64,000 nucleotides of DNA from Proteromonas lacertae (taxonomy: Eukaryota): positions 1 through 64,000 of the forward strand of contig NGBS01001170.1 in NCBI GenBank assembly GCA_002245135.1, read 5' to 3'. How positions within the stretch are numbered: position 1 is the first letter of the stretch; the number at the start of each line of letters is the position of its first letter. The notes under the pieces were generated by a model. It did not search any database. It had not been told where the DNA came from and was given only the letters and a program-made list of their open reading frames with translations. Positions 28,491-39,716 of this stretch are shown in pieces. Both the position numbers and the translations under genes were made by a program.

Positions 28491-29960
28491 TTATATACGG
28501 TAAGAAATTATTTGATTATCCTCTTGGATTATGAAAAGTGAATTATTTCTTCTGTAACTCTTAACAGCAGCTATATCCATACTGTAAGATGCTCTAACTT
28601 CATTCAATTCCAAACTGTAATACTTAATACACTCTCTATCAACAATCACTAATTCCTTTTTACTGTCATTATAGTATAAATTAATAATATTATTCACCTC
28701 CATAGATGTTATTTCATACAATTTATTAACTTCCTTACTGTCAACATCATAATTAAACATAATTATCTCTCCTTTCTCAGTCACAAGTATATAATTATTA
28801 TCACCACATATTTCAACTTTATTAGCCCTACTATTACCACATTTCAAAACACATTTCTTATCAATAATTTTATTCACAGTTTCACCACTCACTAATTGAT
28901 AAATTACAACACTATTCACACTTCCATAATAACAAAACTCGTTTGTATAGTTATTGTATGTATAGTTATTATGATTCATCAGGAATGTATAATAAGAAGT
29001 TAAATTATTCCCATTAATATCCCATATTTGTATGACAGTATCATTATCTCCACCATTTGTTAATATCAATATATTATCATCATTACTCTCTTCATATACA
29101 AAGATAGATTTAATAGGAATAGTATAATTAGTTGGAAAGGTTTTAATACATTCATAACTAATCATATCATCACTTACATTATAATATTTGAATATTTTGA
29201 TTATATTACTTTTATTTAATATACAAACAATATATTTACTGGTGATTTGAAGTAATGAACATGATTCTATCTTTAAATCAATGATAGTGGATGTATAAGA
29301 TTGATTCTTGTTATACACTGTATATAATACTATTGTATTATTGGAGAGTGATAATCCTAATATGTTTTTATTAACATCTTTAGTGAAAGAGGAGGAAATT
29401 ATACTGATTTCGTTATTTATTTCTAATAGTTTGGAATTTTCTGTAATTTCTTTGATTGGTGATGTTATTGGTGATAGATCTTGGAATGATTGGTTTAATT
29501 GGTTATTCTCTAAATCTTGAATTTTTTCTTCTAATTCTCTTATTCTTTCATCTTTCAATTTTATTATTTCATCTTTACTTGCTAATTGATTTCGTATCTC
29601 TTGATATATTTCATTTATGTTTGACAGTTTGTTATTCATCTTCGTTTTGAAATCTTTCATCTCATCTCTACTTGCTATCAACAATTCTGCCATTTTTAAT
29701 AATTTCCTTTTCAACATATCGTTGTTTGCTTGTAAACTGTTATTTGATGTAATAGAGTATCTCACTTCATTATCTCCACTTTCTATGCCTTCATCTTCTG
29801 ATACAAATGTGATTAAAGGTTCTTCACAGTAGGATTTCTTAGCATTTTGTATTCTATCGATCTCTTCAGCAGCATCCTTCAAAAATTCAGAAAAATCTTC
29901 CTGAATATCCTGTATTTCACACATAACTGCATGTGTTTTCTTTAAATCTTTCTTTGACAT
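28491..29960 (-). CDS. Coiled-coil plus divergent WD40/beta-propeller protein
   Basis: Intronless ORF with heptad region followed by beta-rich repeats (GGDNDTVIQIWD). Start placed at MSKKDL. Confidence 0.6.
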   Translation of the reverse strand: MSKKDLKKTHAVMCEIQDIQEDFSEFLKDAAEEIDRIQNAKKSYCEEPLITFVSEDEGIESGDNEVRYSITSNNSLQANNDMLKRKLLKMAELLIASRDEMKDFKTKMNNKLSNINEIYQEIRNQLASKDEIIKLKDERIRELEEKIQDLENNQLNQSFQDLSPITSPIKEITENSKLLEINNEISIISSSFTKDVNKNILGLSLSNNTIVLYTVYNKNQSYTSTIIDLKIESCSLLQITSKYIVCILNKSNIIKIFKYYNVSDDMISYECIKTFPTNYTIPIKSIFVYEESNDDNILILTNGGDNDTVIQIWDINGNNLTSYYTFLMNHNNYTYNNYTNEFCYYGSVNSVVIYQLVSGETVNKIIDKKCVLKCGNSRANKVEICGDNNYILVTEKGEIIMFNYDVDSKEVNKLYEITSMEVNNIINLYYNDSKKELVIVDRECIKYYSLELNEVRASYSMDIAAVKSYRRNNSLFIIQEDNQIISYRI

Positions 29961-30044
29961 GAAATTTTTGATTTTTAAAATTTTTGAGACAAACCTTCTC
30001 AAATCAAACTTATAGACAAACCATCTTGTATTTTTCATCTCAAA

Positions 30045-31222
30045 ATGCAGCATATTCTAAAGAAATCTAAAGCATTATATTCTTGTAAACCTATAGCAAA
30101 AACTATTTATTTACGAAATTTGGCTTACTTATCATCCTATGTTACACAGATCAGATCATTCTCGACAGGATGGAAAAGATTCCACAAGTATTTATATATT
30201 ATTCATTAAAATCGATAGAAGGAAAAGAATCAAATCCAATCAAAGATTTAAAAATAGATTATATATTATCAGAAGAAGAAAAGAAGGCTAAAGCATGGCA
30301 AGCACTTGATGATAGTATTGCAGAAGTATAAATATAATATAATAATAATATTATAATATAGTGCCAAGAAGCAGTAAAGAAATTATATTCAGAAGGTAAA
30401 TACACAGAAGCAATAGAAAAAGCCTTGGAAGCCAAAGAGAAAACACTCAGTTTCTATGGAGAACATCATGCAATATATGCCTCAATACAAAATAATTTAG
30501 CATTATTGTACAAATGTATAGGTGACTTTGACCAGAGTGAAAAATGTTATAAAAAAGCAATAGAAATATATGAAGATGTAGCAGGATCTAATAATTCATC
30601 CACACTCACATGTCTTAACAATTTAGGATTATTATATAAACTAAAAGCTGAGAAGGAAAGAGATAATAATTATCATCACAATTTACAGTTAGCTGAGTCA
30701 TTAATAGTGGAAGTATTTAACCGTAGATATGAACAGTTATCGAGTAACAATCCAATATTATCACAGTCATATAGGACAATGGGTAATATTGAAAGATTAT
30801 TAGGTAAATATGAAGAAAGTGAAAAACACTTATTTGAAGCTATGAGGATAGTGATTCACTGTTATGGTGAAAATCATCGAGAGACAGCTTTAGTATTTAA
30901 TGATATTGGTATGTTTTATACTGTAAGAGAACAATATGATAAAGCTGAGCATTTTTATAAGAGATCTTTGGAGATAAGAACACAATTATGTGGTGAAGGC
31001 CATCAAGATACAATATCAACGAAAAATAATTTAGCTGAGTTATATATACACATGGGAAGGATTGATGATGCTACAAAGATACAGAATGAGTTAATCGAGA
31101 CTATTGAGAGATATTATGGAGATAATGGTAATAAAAGTCTTCCGCTGCCTAAGCCAACAGAAACTCAACCTACACAAACACAAACACAAAAAGAAATAGT
31201 AAATAACAATAAAATTAAATAA
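30045..31222 (+). CDS. Kinesin-light-chain-type TPR protein with mitochondrial-type presequence
   Basis: Repeats NNLALLY..G and GENHRETALVFNDIG. The basic N-terminus contains QIRSFS. Confidence 0.8.
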
Positions 31223-31344
31223 TTTTGTTTTGTTTAAAGTTATTTTGTTATTAAAATACAAAAGAAACAATGCAAATAAGAAACAATTTCTCTAAATAAG
31301 ATAAATTTTATAATAATAAATGCAATTATTTTCTTAAAATTAAT

Positions 31345-32786
31345 CTAGAACACTCCTTCCTTACTTTCAACAATAAAATCTTCCTTACTTTCAGTTGTTG
31401 AATATGATTCACCACTGGATGATGAATATCTTCTTTCATTCATTTTACTTTCTTGATACTGAGTTGAATAATTAGTTAAAGTACCTGTATTAGCAGCTGT
31501 ACTATTAGCAGTTGCCATTGTACTGCCACCATTAGTCATACCTAAGAAAAACTCTTCATCTTCATCACTCTCATCATCTACACTTAATAATTTATCAGCT
31601 GGTCTATATCCAGACCAATCTTCATGGTATTCAGGATTTAAATGATATACACTGCTTTCAGTAGACATGCCACTGGTTACACTCATTGTCTCTGATACTG
31701 TGGAAGTACGAGATTTAGCGGATTTGACAGATTTACCTGATTTACTTGAACCTTTTGATACTGTTGAAGATCTATCATATTCATCCATTGCTACTGTTTC
31801 TATTGGTTGATATTGTTGTTGTTGTAATAATTGTTGATCTTCTGATGTTTGAGATTGGTTTGATTCTGGTATTGAAGCAGAGGTAGATGATTTTATTGAT
31901 ACATGTGATTTAGAGGACTTAACTGACAATGCTGATCTAGCAGTATTAAATCCTTGTAATGATATAATTTGATTGTAAATCATTCCTAATGGAATTGGAT
32001 CTCGTGGTGGTTCTTTTGGTGGGATTTCATCAGATTCTGTGAATTTTAACATTCCTTCTGGACATTTCATAGGAATACCATAGGATTTACCAAATCTTGG
32101 GATTAATTCTAAAGCATTTACTAGATTTCTCATATCAGCACCAAAGGACTTTCCAAAAGCATGAATAAACACTGGTCTTTTATGAATAATATTATCAGTA
32201 AAACCAAATACTGGAGCAAATCTAATAGGAGTTTGACAGACTGGTGGTAAAGTGCTGCTTCTTTGTGGGACTATTTCTTCTACTGGATCTAATATTGATT
32301 TAGCAGTTTTGGTCATTGGGGAATTTGCACTTGAACTGAATAATGGAGTTAATTCTAAATAAGCAGCTGGTATTCTACATTCAGTATAAGTGATTCCTGA
32401 ATCTTGTTGACTATTTCCACGTTTCATACTTTCTTGATACTTTGATTCTTGATAGCTATTATATTGGTTACTAGCATTAGGTGAAAATGACTATTATTGA
32501 ATAAATATAATTATAAATACTTGATTACTAATTGTGGCTGTATTTGTTTTCTCAATTGGTTCTAAAACTCTTGAACGGCTATTATTCATTGATGGACTTG
32601 CACTATTACCTCTAAAGCAAATTAATAATAATATTCATACCTTGGAACTGGTGACCAGGCAGTATATTCTGAACGATAGTTTAATAATTGATCTAAATTC
32701 TTTTGATATATATTGCCAACGTCTTTTGTAGTAGAATTCTGTGATGTTGTACTTCTTTTAGATCTTGATTTAAGAGATCTTTGCAT
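31345..32786 (-). CDS. Ser/Thr-rich low-complexity protein, unknown
   Basis: Long ORF plus short upstream exons joined by GT-AG introns. Confidence 0.6.
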
Positions 32787-33120
32787 ATAATTAAAAAATA
32801 ACGAAGTTTGCTTGAGAGGCTTGACCTTTTTTCGTTTTTTTCAGTTAAGTCAACCAGAGTTTTTAGAAACAAATTATAATATTGAAATAATTTAGTTTTA
32901 CTTAATGAACCAGATTGCCAATGATTTTGACATAAGTGTCAAGAATCAAAGATATCTAGTTATTTTGCAGCTATTTAATGTTTTAATATTTTTTCAAGTT
33001 TATAATACAAACAAATACTCTTGTAAATTAGTAGAATTTACTGCTTTATAAAACTAAATTTATTTCTTTTCCTCTCTTTATCTCGTAAAATAGTGTTTCA
33101 CGACATACTTTCTAATGTTT

Positions 33121-33930
33121 TCAATTTTTAATACTAAACATTGATAGATGTCTTTCATCTTCTTCAATGTCTTGATAGAGGTTATTGCTAATCCCATAAT
33201 GGTTAATTATAGGTAATATATTCAGCAATAAATCACTACTTTCAAAATTATTGAATACATCTTGATAATATACTTGAAAAGCTTTAATCTTGTCCAATTC
33301 AGTCATTTTATCCATAGTTCGCATTTTAAACTTTATGAAGTAATTATTACTGACATCAGCAAATAACCAATTGATAAAACGGTGATAACATTCATTGTTT
33401 TGATGAGTGAAAGTAAGATTGCTTTTTTCAATCACATCTACTTTTTTCTCATTTATTTCTACTAGATTTATATTTATAGTAATAGAAATCCTTAAAACAC
33501 TAGATTTCATAGACAGTGATTCTATATAAACAATAAAAGTGCAATTTTCTCTAGTTTTGTCCCACTCTACGCAATAATCAACAGTGGGGAGAGAGATTAT
33601 TTTTATATGCCTTTTCAGACGTTTTATTGGCACATTCATAGCTTCGGCAATTACATTTTCATTAGTCCTATCCCATAATAACCTCAAAAGTCTTTCGCAT
33701 TCTTCTTGATTGTAAGGCAGATGTGATCCAAAACCTCTAGTTAATGATATTGTCCCTGTTGTGCGAAAACACTTTACCATCCGAGTTATTTGCCTTCTGC
33801 TTCTCTTAATCTCACTAATCATCTGCTTCATTCTTATTTTCTTGGCACAATATTGTTTTATCAACGATATAATTGATTTTTTATCCAATTGTGGTGTTTT
33901 ATTGCTGGTTCTGTTAGTTTTATTACACAT
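33121..33930 (-). CDS. Double-HTH DNA-binding protein (family member 1)
   Basis: IKRSRRQITRMVKCFRTTG..RGFGSHLPYNQEE; homologous to 35362-36357 and 37295-38331. Confidence 0.7.
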   Translation of the reverse strand: MCNKTNRTSNKTPQLDKKSIISLIKQYCAKKIRMKQMISEIKRSRRQITRMVKCFRTTGTISLTRGFGSHLPYNQEECERLLRLLWDRTNENVIAEAMNVPIKRLKRHIKIISLPTVDYCVEWDKTRENCTFIVYIESLSMKSSVLRISITININLVEINEKKVDVIEKSNLTFTHQNNECYHRFINWLFADVSNNYFIKFKMRTMDKMTELDKIKAFQVYYQDVFNNFESSDLLLNILPIINHYGISNNLYQDIEEDERHLSMFSIKN

Positions 33931-35116
33931 ATAAATAAAGAAATTTGATTTGCTGATGGAAATGAATGAAAAATAAGACTATCACAGTTTATATTTTTTG
34001 CATATAATACTGCATATATGATATTCACATTATGGAGGTTTATTTGTATAGAATTTGATTATTGCTAGATTTCTCAAATGCTTCCGCGATCAGTAGAAAT
34101 TGCTGTATAAACTATATTTTTGGAGTATTTTCCATATATTATTTAACAACTGCAATATATTGATTGAAATACATTTTAGTGGTTAATTTAGCTAATCTGT
34201 ATAACGCATATTTATATTGTTTGTAGAAGCTTTAGCTCATTAAAATATGACTGAAAGTGAGTGTTAATTATCTATTTTTACGAATAAATGACAAAATTTG
34301 TTAATTAATATAGAAAATGATTGAAACTGTGTCCATATAATATTATTTGCTAATATAATCATTATCTACCCAGAATATTGAATTTTGTAATTGAACTGAA
34401 ATTAACCAAATTACCTAGTTTTGTAAGGATAAAATATTGTATAGCCAATTGATTGAATGATATTACGTCATTGATTTAATATATTTACATAAGATTCATT
34501 AATTACTCCATTTTTTCTTAATCTAAGATTATATTATTAAATAATTAATATTATTATAGGTAAATGAATTTGAACATCTGCATGCTTATTTTATTATATT
34601 TATGTTGATTTATAATAGTAAATGTATGTAATGAATATAATTGTATTTTACTTGTTCTATATTGATAATACAATCATTCTAAATATTTATAATTATTATT
34701 ATTATATTATATTAGATAAATAAATTATTAAATAAGTAGTAAACTATTTATTTAGTGTGTTAAAAGATTGTTGGACAATGAATGTGAATGTTACAGTGAA
34801 TGTCAGTCACATTAAATTGCTCAAAACAACGAAATTTAACAATATTTAAATATTATTGGTTGGTTATAAGTATTCTAAAGAATAACGAAACATATTCATA
34901 TACTTTATAGGTTTATAAGAACAATTTCAACAAAAATATATTCTCTGTTTATTTTTATATATTCATTCGTTTTTTATATACAAACTAAAAAGTATTTATA
35001 GTTTCTTTTCTTTATCTTTACCTAATTTTGTAAATTTCAAATAATCCACCACACACAACAGTTTATAATAATAATAATAAGTGTATTTAAGTGATTTACA
35101 CCGATTCAGGTAATTT

Positions 35117-35332
35117 TAATCATTATTCTCAAATATCAAGCAATTCTACGTAATTAGTGTTAGTGTCTGGATAGTATATACCTCATGATTCTACTACACT
35201 ATTAATGAATAGTAATACATGTGTATTATCTACAAATTATTGTAGTGTTTGGAATATTATATATGATTTATAATATCCAGACATTAACAATAATTGTGTA
35301 GAACATAATTGATATTTGGTAATAAATGATTA
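35117..35332 (+). ncRNA. Long imperfect stem-loop, candidate structured or precursor RNA
   Basis: 35144-35173 pairs with 35274-35303 at 29/30 positions including 3 G-U pairs. 35130-35139 pairs perfectly with 35309-35318. Inner stems close on loop ATGT. Confidence 0.55.
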
Positions 35333-35361
35333 TAATATTGATCTTCCATTATTCTAAATCA

Positions 35362-36357
35362 TCAAAATCTCAGAGGTGATCTTGATCTTGATCTACATGT
35401 TGGTGATGTTAATAGAGATAAAGTAAATGGAGATAATGGCTCTAACAAAGATGATGATGATGATGGTGTTAATAATAATGATGGTGGAAATATAAAATCA
35501 TTATTATTATCAGATTCATCTTCGTTAGATGTTGGTGAGTTGTTTAAAGAATTAAGGAATGAATTAAATTCATTTCTATCTTTATCTTCCTCACGATGAT
35601 CTACTGATGGAGATAACAATAATGTATCAGGTGAGAATGTTAAAGGAAATATATAATGATTATATTTTTTCATCAATATATTTATAATGCCCTTTAACTT
35701 ATCTTCTTCACCATTTTGTTTTACATAAAGATTGAACTTTTTGTAATAACATTCCATCTTCTCAATTGGCTTTTTTGATTCATTTGGTCTATCTTTGACA
35801 TATTTAAAATATGTTTTACTCATTACTTCAATGATTATTTCAATTAATTTCAAGTAATCTTCATCATTTTCTCCATTTATCATTTCTTCTTTTTCACCAT
35901 CCACTTCAAGTAGATAACTAACAACTACCAGCTCATTCTTTTCCTGATCTAATCCTAACATAATACCTCCTTTGTAATTCACTTTGCTCTTAATAGGAAC
36001 AACAATTTTGTTGGATTTGGTAAAATAAAATGACAAACTTGGGTATGACAAGATATTTACTTTTCTTCTTTCTGTGCTAAGTTTCTTGTTAGTCTTATCA
36101 CATACTCTTTCTATAGCATCAATCATCTTTTCTGATTTTGGCATAAATGTCAGTTCCTTAAACAAAATAACAGCTTCTTCTTCAGTATATGGAATATGTC
36201 CAGTTTTTACAAACTCTGTCTTACCACTTTCCTTAAAAGCTTTCTTTCTTCTGCAAAATGTCCTCACTTTAAGACCTAAAGACTTTGCAGCTTCTTCATT
36301 AGGTATTTTATGTTGAATAACATACTGCATGCAAGCAGTATAGTCTTCCGTTTCCAT
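35362..36357 (-). CDS. Double-HTH DNA-binding protein (family member 2)
   Basis: EEAAKSLGLKVRTFCRRKKAFKESG..GHIPYTEEE, with a Ser/Pro-rich tail. Confidence 0.7.
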   Translation of the reverse strand: METEDYTACMQYVIQHKIPNEEAAKSLGLKVRTFCRRKKAFKESGKTEFVKTGHIPYTEEEAVILFKELTFMPKSEKMIDAIERVCDKTNKKLSTERRKVNILSYPSLSFYFTKSNKIVVPIKSKVNYKGGIMLGLDQEKNELVVVSYLLEVDGEKEEMINGENDEDYLKLIEIIIEVMSKTYFKYVKDRPNESKKPIEKMECYYKKFNLYVKQNGEEDKLKGIINILMKKYNHYIFPLTFSPDTLLLSPSVDHREEDKDRNEFNSFLNSLNNSPTSNEDESDNNNDFIFPPSLLLTPSSSSSLLEPLSPFTLSLLTSPTCRSRSRSPLRF

Positions 36358-37294
36358 TAGATTTTTGAATGATAAAAGTTATTACAGCAAAACGACTATA
36401 ATTTTAAAAATGTAAAACATGATTGTGTTAAAATTCGTTATTTACGTATTTATTTGACTTTTAAACCATTTATTTCTGTTAATTAATGTATAATGCTTTA
36501 CAAAACAATCTATTACACAACATTAGCTATAAATATCTAATATCTCTGATATTGCATTTTATGCTATTCTAATCTATTTATCACCTAATAATGTGTATAC
36601 TAAATACAATAATATTCAAATATCCTTCATTTTTCTTTGTATAATTAAAATAATTGTGTTTTCTAAATAATAGTGTGTAAAACATCGGCTATTTGTATTC
36701 ACTACTGTATACACACTTTAACACAAAGCACATAGTATTGCTTACACGATTAATTATGATTGATTGTTGATCATACCAGATTTTGGTGAAATTATGTGAA
36801 TAAGGAAAATCAATTATCCATTCTCTCAATAGAATTTATTTATTTTACTCTCAGCTCATTATACTCATCGAGTATGATGTAGATTTACATTGTCTTCCAG
36901 TGAGTCAATATTTCTAACAAGATAAAAGAAAAAGTATTGGATGAATGTCAAGCTTCTGGCTTGAATTAAATACACTTGTTTCTTATTATATAGCGCTTAC
37001 TGTGGTTAAAGTATATTATCAGTGCGTTATTTACACCATACAACCCCACATAACCACCTCATTTAAATCATTTTAAAATTTATCTGTTTATCTCTGCTTC
37101 TATCATTTATTTTGATATACAAATTGGTTCTTTTACTTCATTTGTTTCAAATAATAATAAAATCATTCATTAAATACGCTTAATATCATCTGCATGTTCA
37201 GTAATTAAAAATCGAAAAAAAGCAATTCTGTGAAGTTAACAACAAAATCCTTCTTATTTTAGCCTGAAATTTTGACAAATAATAGTATATAACA

Positions 37295-38331
37295 ATGTCT
37301 TTCGATGAGCAACCTCGTAGAAAAAAGTACACAACCTCGATTCATTTATCACCCAAAAAGTTGTCTCTACTGTATGAACGGTATAAAGCTAGAGAAATAT
37401 CCTTAAGTCAACTAAGCCAAATGACAGGATGGTGTGCACGTCAAGCTTCTCGTAATTACAAAAAATATATAACCACTGGTCAATCTATCGTCATCAGAGG
37501 GTATGGAAGTCATTTACCATTTACAACAGAACAGTGTTACAAAGTTTTACAATTATCTTGGGAAGGTAATGATCATAAACAGATTGCAGCTGCATTAGAT
37601 GTACCTCTTAAGAAAATTAAACGTCCTTTAACAATATTAGCCTATCCAACAATGAAATACTCCATACTAGAATATGAAAATACAAATCTCATCTCACTTT
37701 TAGTAGGTGTAAAGATGACATGTGTAAAAGATGGTGAAATATATTTGCACATTTTATATAACAAAGAATTAAACTGCGTTATTGCAAAAAACATTCATCA
37801 TGGTGAAAAAATTGAATTAAAAAATGATGGAACGAAAAAAGAAGATTTTAAATTACTTATTAATAAAATACTAACGAATATGAGTGCAGATTATTATCAA
37901 TCCTTTAAGATGAGAAGAATGTTAGATAGAGAAGGTGATGAAGAAAGATTAATAGAATATATCGTTTATTTTCAGAAACATATGAACAAATTAGATAATA
38001 ATGAAATATCAGTTATTATTAAACAATTGATTGACAACACTACTGATATTACACATTTTCCTTTGTATTCATGTAGTGATTCAAAATGTATTATTATTAT
38101 TATTATTATTATTTTATAGTTTTACCAAATACATTGAATTATGTTCAGAATATATATCTTGAGATGTTGAAGAATGGATATAAAAATGAAGAATTGAATA
38201 ATATTTTTAACCTTGAAATTATAAATATTCCTGTAAATAAAGAAACATTCCCGTTAATAACGTTATTTTATTATGCAATATTAAATCAACCAAAAAATAT
38301 ACCAACTCCAAATCCAACTCCAACTCCTTAA
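37295..38331 (+). CDS. Double-HTH DNA-binding protein (family member 3)
   Basis: LSQMTGWCARQASRNYKKYITTG..RGYGSHLPFTTEQ. Intron 38088-38119 joins ORF 38086-38331. Confidence 0.7.
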
Positions 38332-38403
38332 TTTTTTCTTATTTTTACTTTTTTTTTAATTCCAAAAAATACAATAATAACTAAAACAAAAAAATAAATA
38401 GAT

Positions 38404-39606
38404 TTAAATTGCAATTGATCTTTGAGTTTGACAGGCTTCACCTGAATATCCCTCAAAACATTTACATTCTCCTGTTTCAGATTGACATGTTCCTCTTCTA
38501 CTACATAATGCATAAGCTTGTTTATCAGCACTAGCATTTATTTCACCTTTATTATCAACAGTAATTTTTGTATTATCTGCTTTAACTATAACACCAGTTG
38601 TTGATGAAGTAGATGTAGCAGTTGCATCTGTTCTTTTAACATCTACCTTATTTGAAGAAACACCAAATTTCTTCACATCTCCTTGATTCATACTTATTAA
38701 TAAATCAGCACTACCAGTAGTAAGAGCAGTACCAGCTGCTTCCTTACCACATACAAAACTAACTGCTGCTTGATTTAAATAAGGAACATTTGAAACTATT
38801 GATCTTCGAATATTCTCTGTTATTTGAGATAATGTTGAAGAATCAACTGTTAATTTACCATTACTATCACATTGTGGATAAGTAGCTATTTTCGATATCA
38901 TTGCAGTTTCATAAACCATTCCATCATAAGCAAATTGGAAATAAATATTACTAGCTGTTACATCATTCTTTAATCCACTTTCTCCAACAATTCTGTAATT
39001 GAAAGTAACACCTGATAATACAACTGGATCAAATCCTTTAGGACAAGTTCTCATACTACAATCAATACCTTCCCATCCTGAATCACATAAACAACTCAAA
39101 TATTTCTCACTTTCCCAACCATAATAACTTCCACCATTATCATGAATTATTGTTGTACTTGTTAAACAACTACCATGACCACTACACACTTTACCTTCAG
39201 TACTGGACGGACAACTACGACGTTGACATGCACTACCTTCATATCCTTCAAAACATTCACATTCACCCTTTGTTCTATCACATTTACCAGCATTTGAACA
39301 TTCAGCATATCTATGTGCTCTAGTGGATGTTACATAATCGGATAAATCTTCGGCTATTCCTCCATTTGGTCTCCACTCATCTGTAGCTGAATTCTTACCA
39401 ACTGAACCATCATGGTTTATATCACCTAATGGAATATCTACAAACGCATCATCGTAAGGACAACTTCTTAAACTACAGTCAGCACCTCCCCAACCCATAA
39501 AACAAGCACATTTATCATTTGCTCCACATCTACCATGTCCACTACAGTAATTATTACAAGCAAGTGATAACGAAAACAAAATTGTTATTAAAAACAACTT
39601 ATACAT
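38404..39606 (-). CDS. Secreted tenascin-like EGF-repeat protein (copy 2, intronless)
   Basis: Signal peptide MYKLFLITILFSLSLA and EGF repeats; clear paralog of 13698-14875. Confidence 0.9.
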   Translation of the reverse strand: MYKLFLITILFSLSLACNNYCSGHGRCGANDKCACFMGWGGADCSLRSCPYDDAFVDIPLGDINHDGSVGKNSATDEWRPNGGIAEDLSDYVTSTRAHRYAECSNAGKCDRTKGECECFEGYEGSACQRRSCPSSTEGKVCSGHGSCLTSTTIIHDNGGSYYGWESEKYLSCLCDSGWEGIDCSMRTCPKGFDPVVLSGVTFNYRIVGESGLKNDVTASNIYFQFAYDGMVYETAMISKIATYPQCDSNGKLTVDSSTLSQITENIRRSIVSNVPYLNQAAVSFVCGKEAAGTALTTGSADLLISMNQGDVKKFGVSSNKVDVKRTDATATSTSSTTGVIVKADNTKITVDNKGEINASADKQAYALCSRRGTCQSETGECKCFEGYSGEACQTQRSIAI

Positions 39607-39716
39607 CAAGAAATCCAAAAAATAAAAGATTATTGAAACGGTTTAATTTCTAATTAATTTTGGAACAGTTGTTAATAAACACAATAAACAAATATCAATA
39701 ACATCTTACAACTATA

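Noticed and set aside
36620..36675. ATATCCTT U12-like donor in the HTH intergenic region
   Set aside because: No convincing TCTTTAAT branch site at the expected distance and no reading frame to test. The similar matches near 9313 and 37397 lie within uninterrupted coding sequence.
36592..36715. TGTGTATAC/GTATACACA inverted repeat, and a small hairpin at 32921-32947
   Set aside because: Too short or poorly paired internally to exceed chance in AT-rich DNA.
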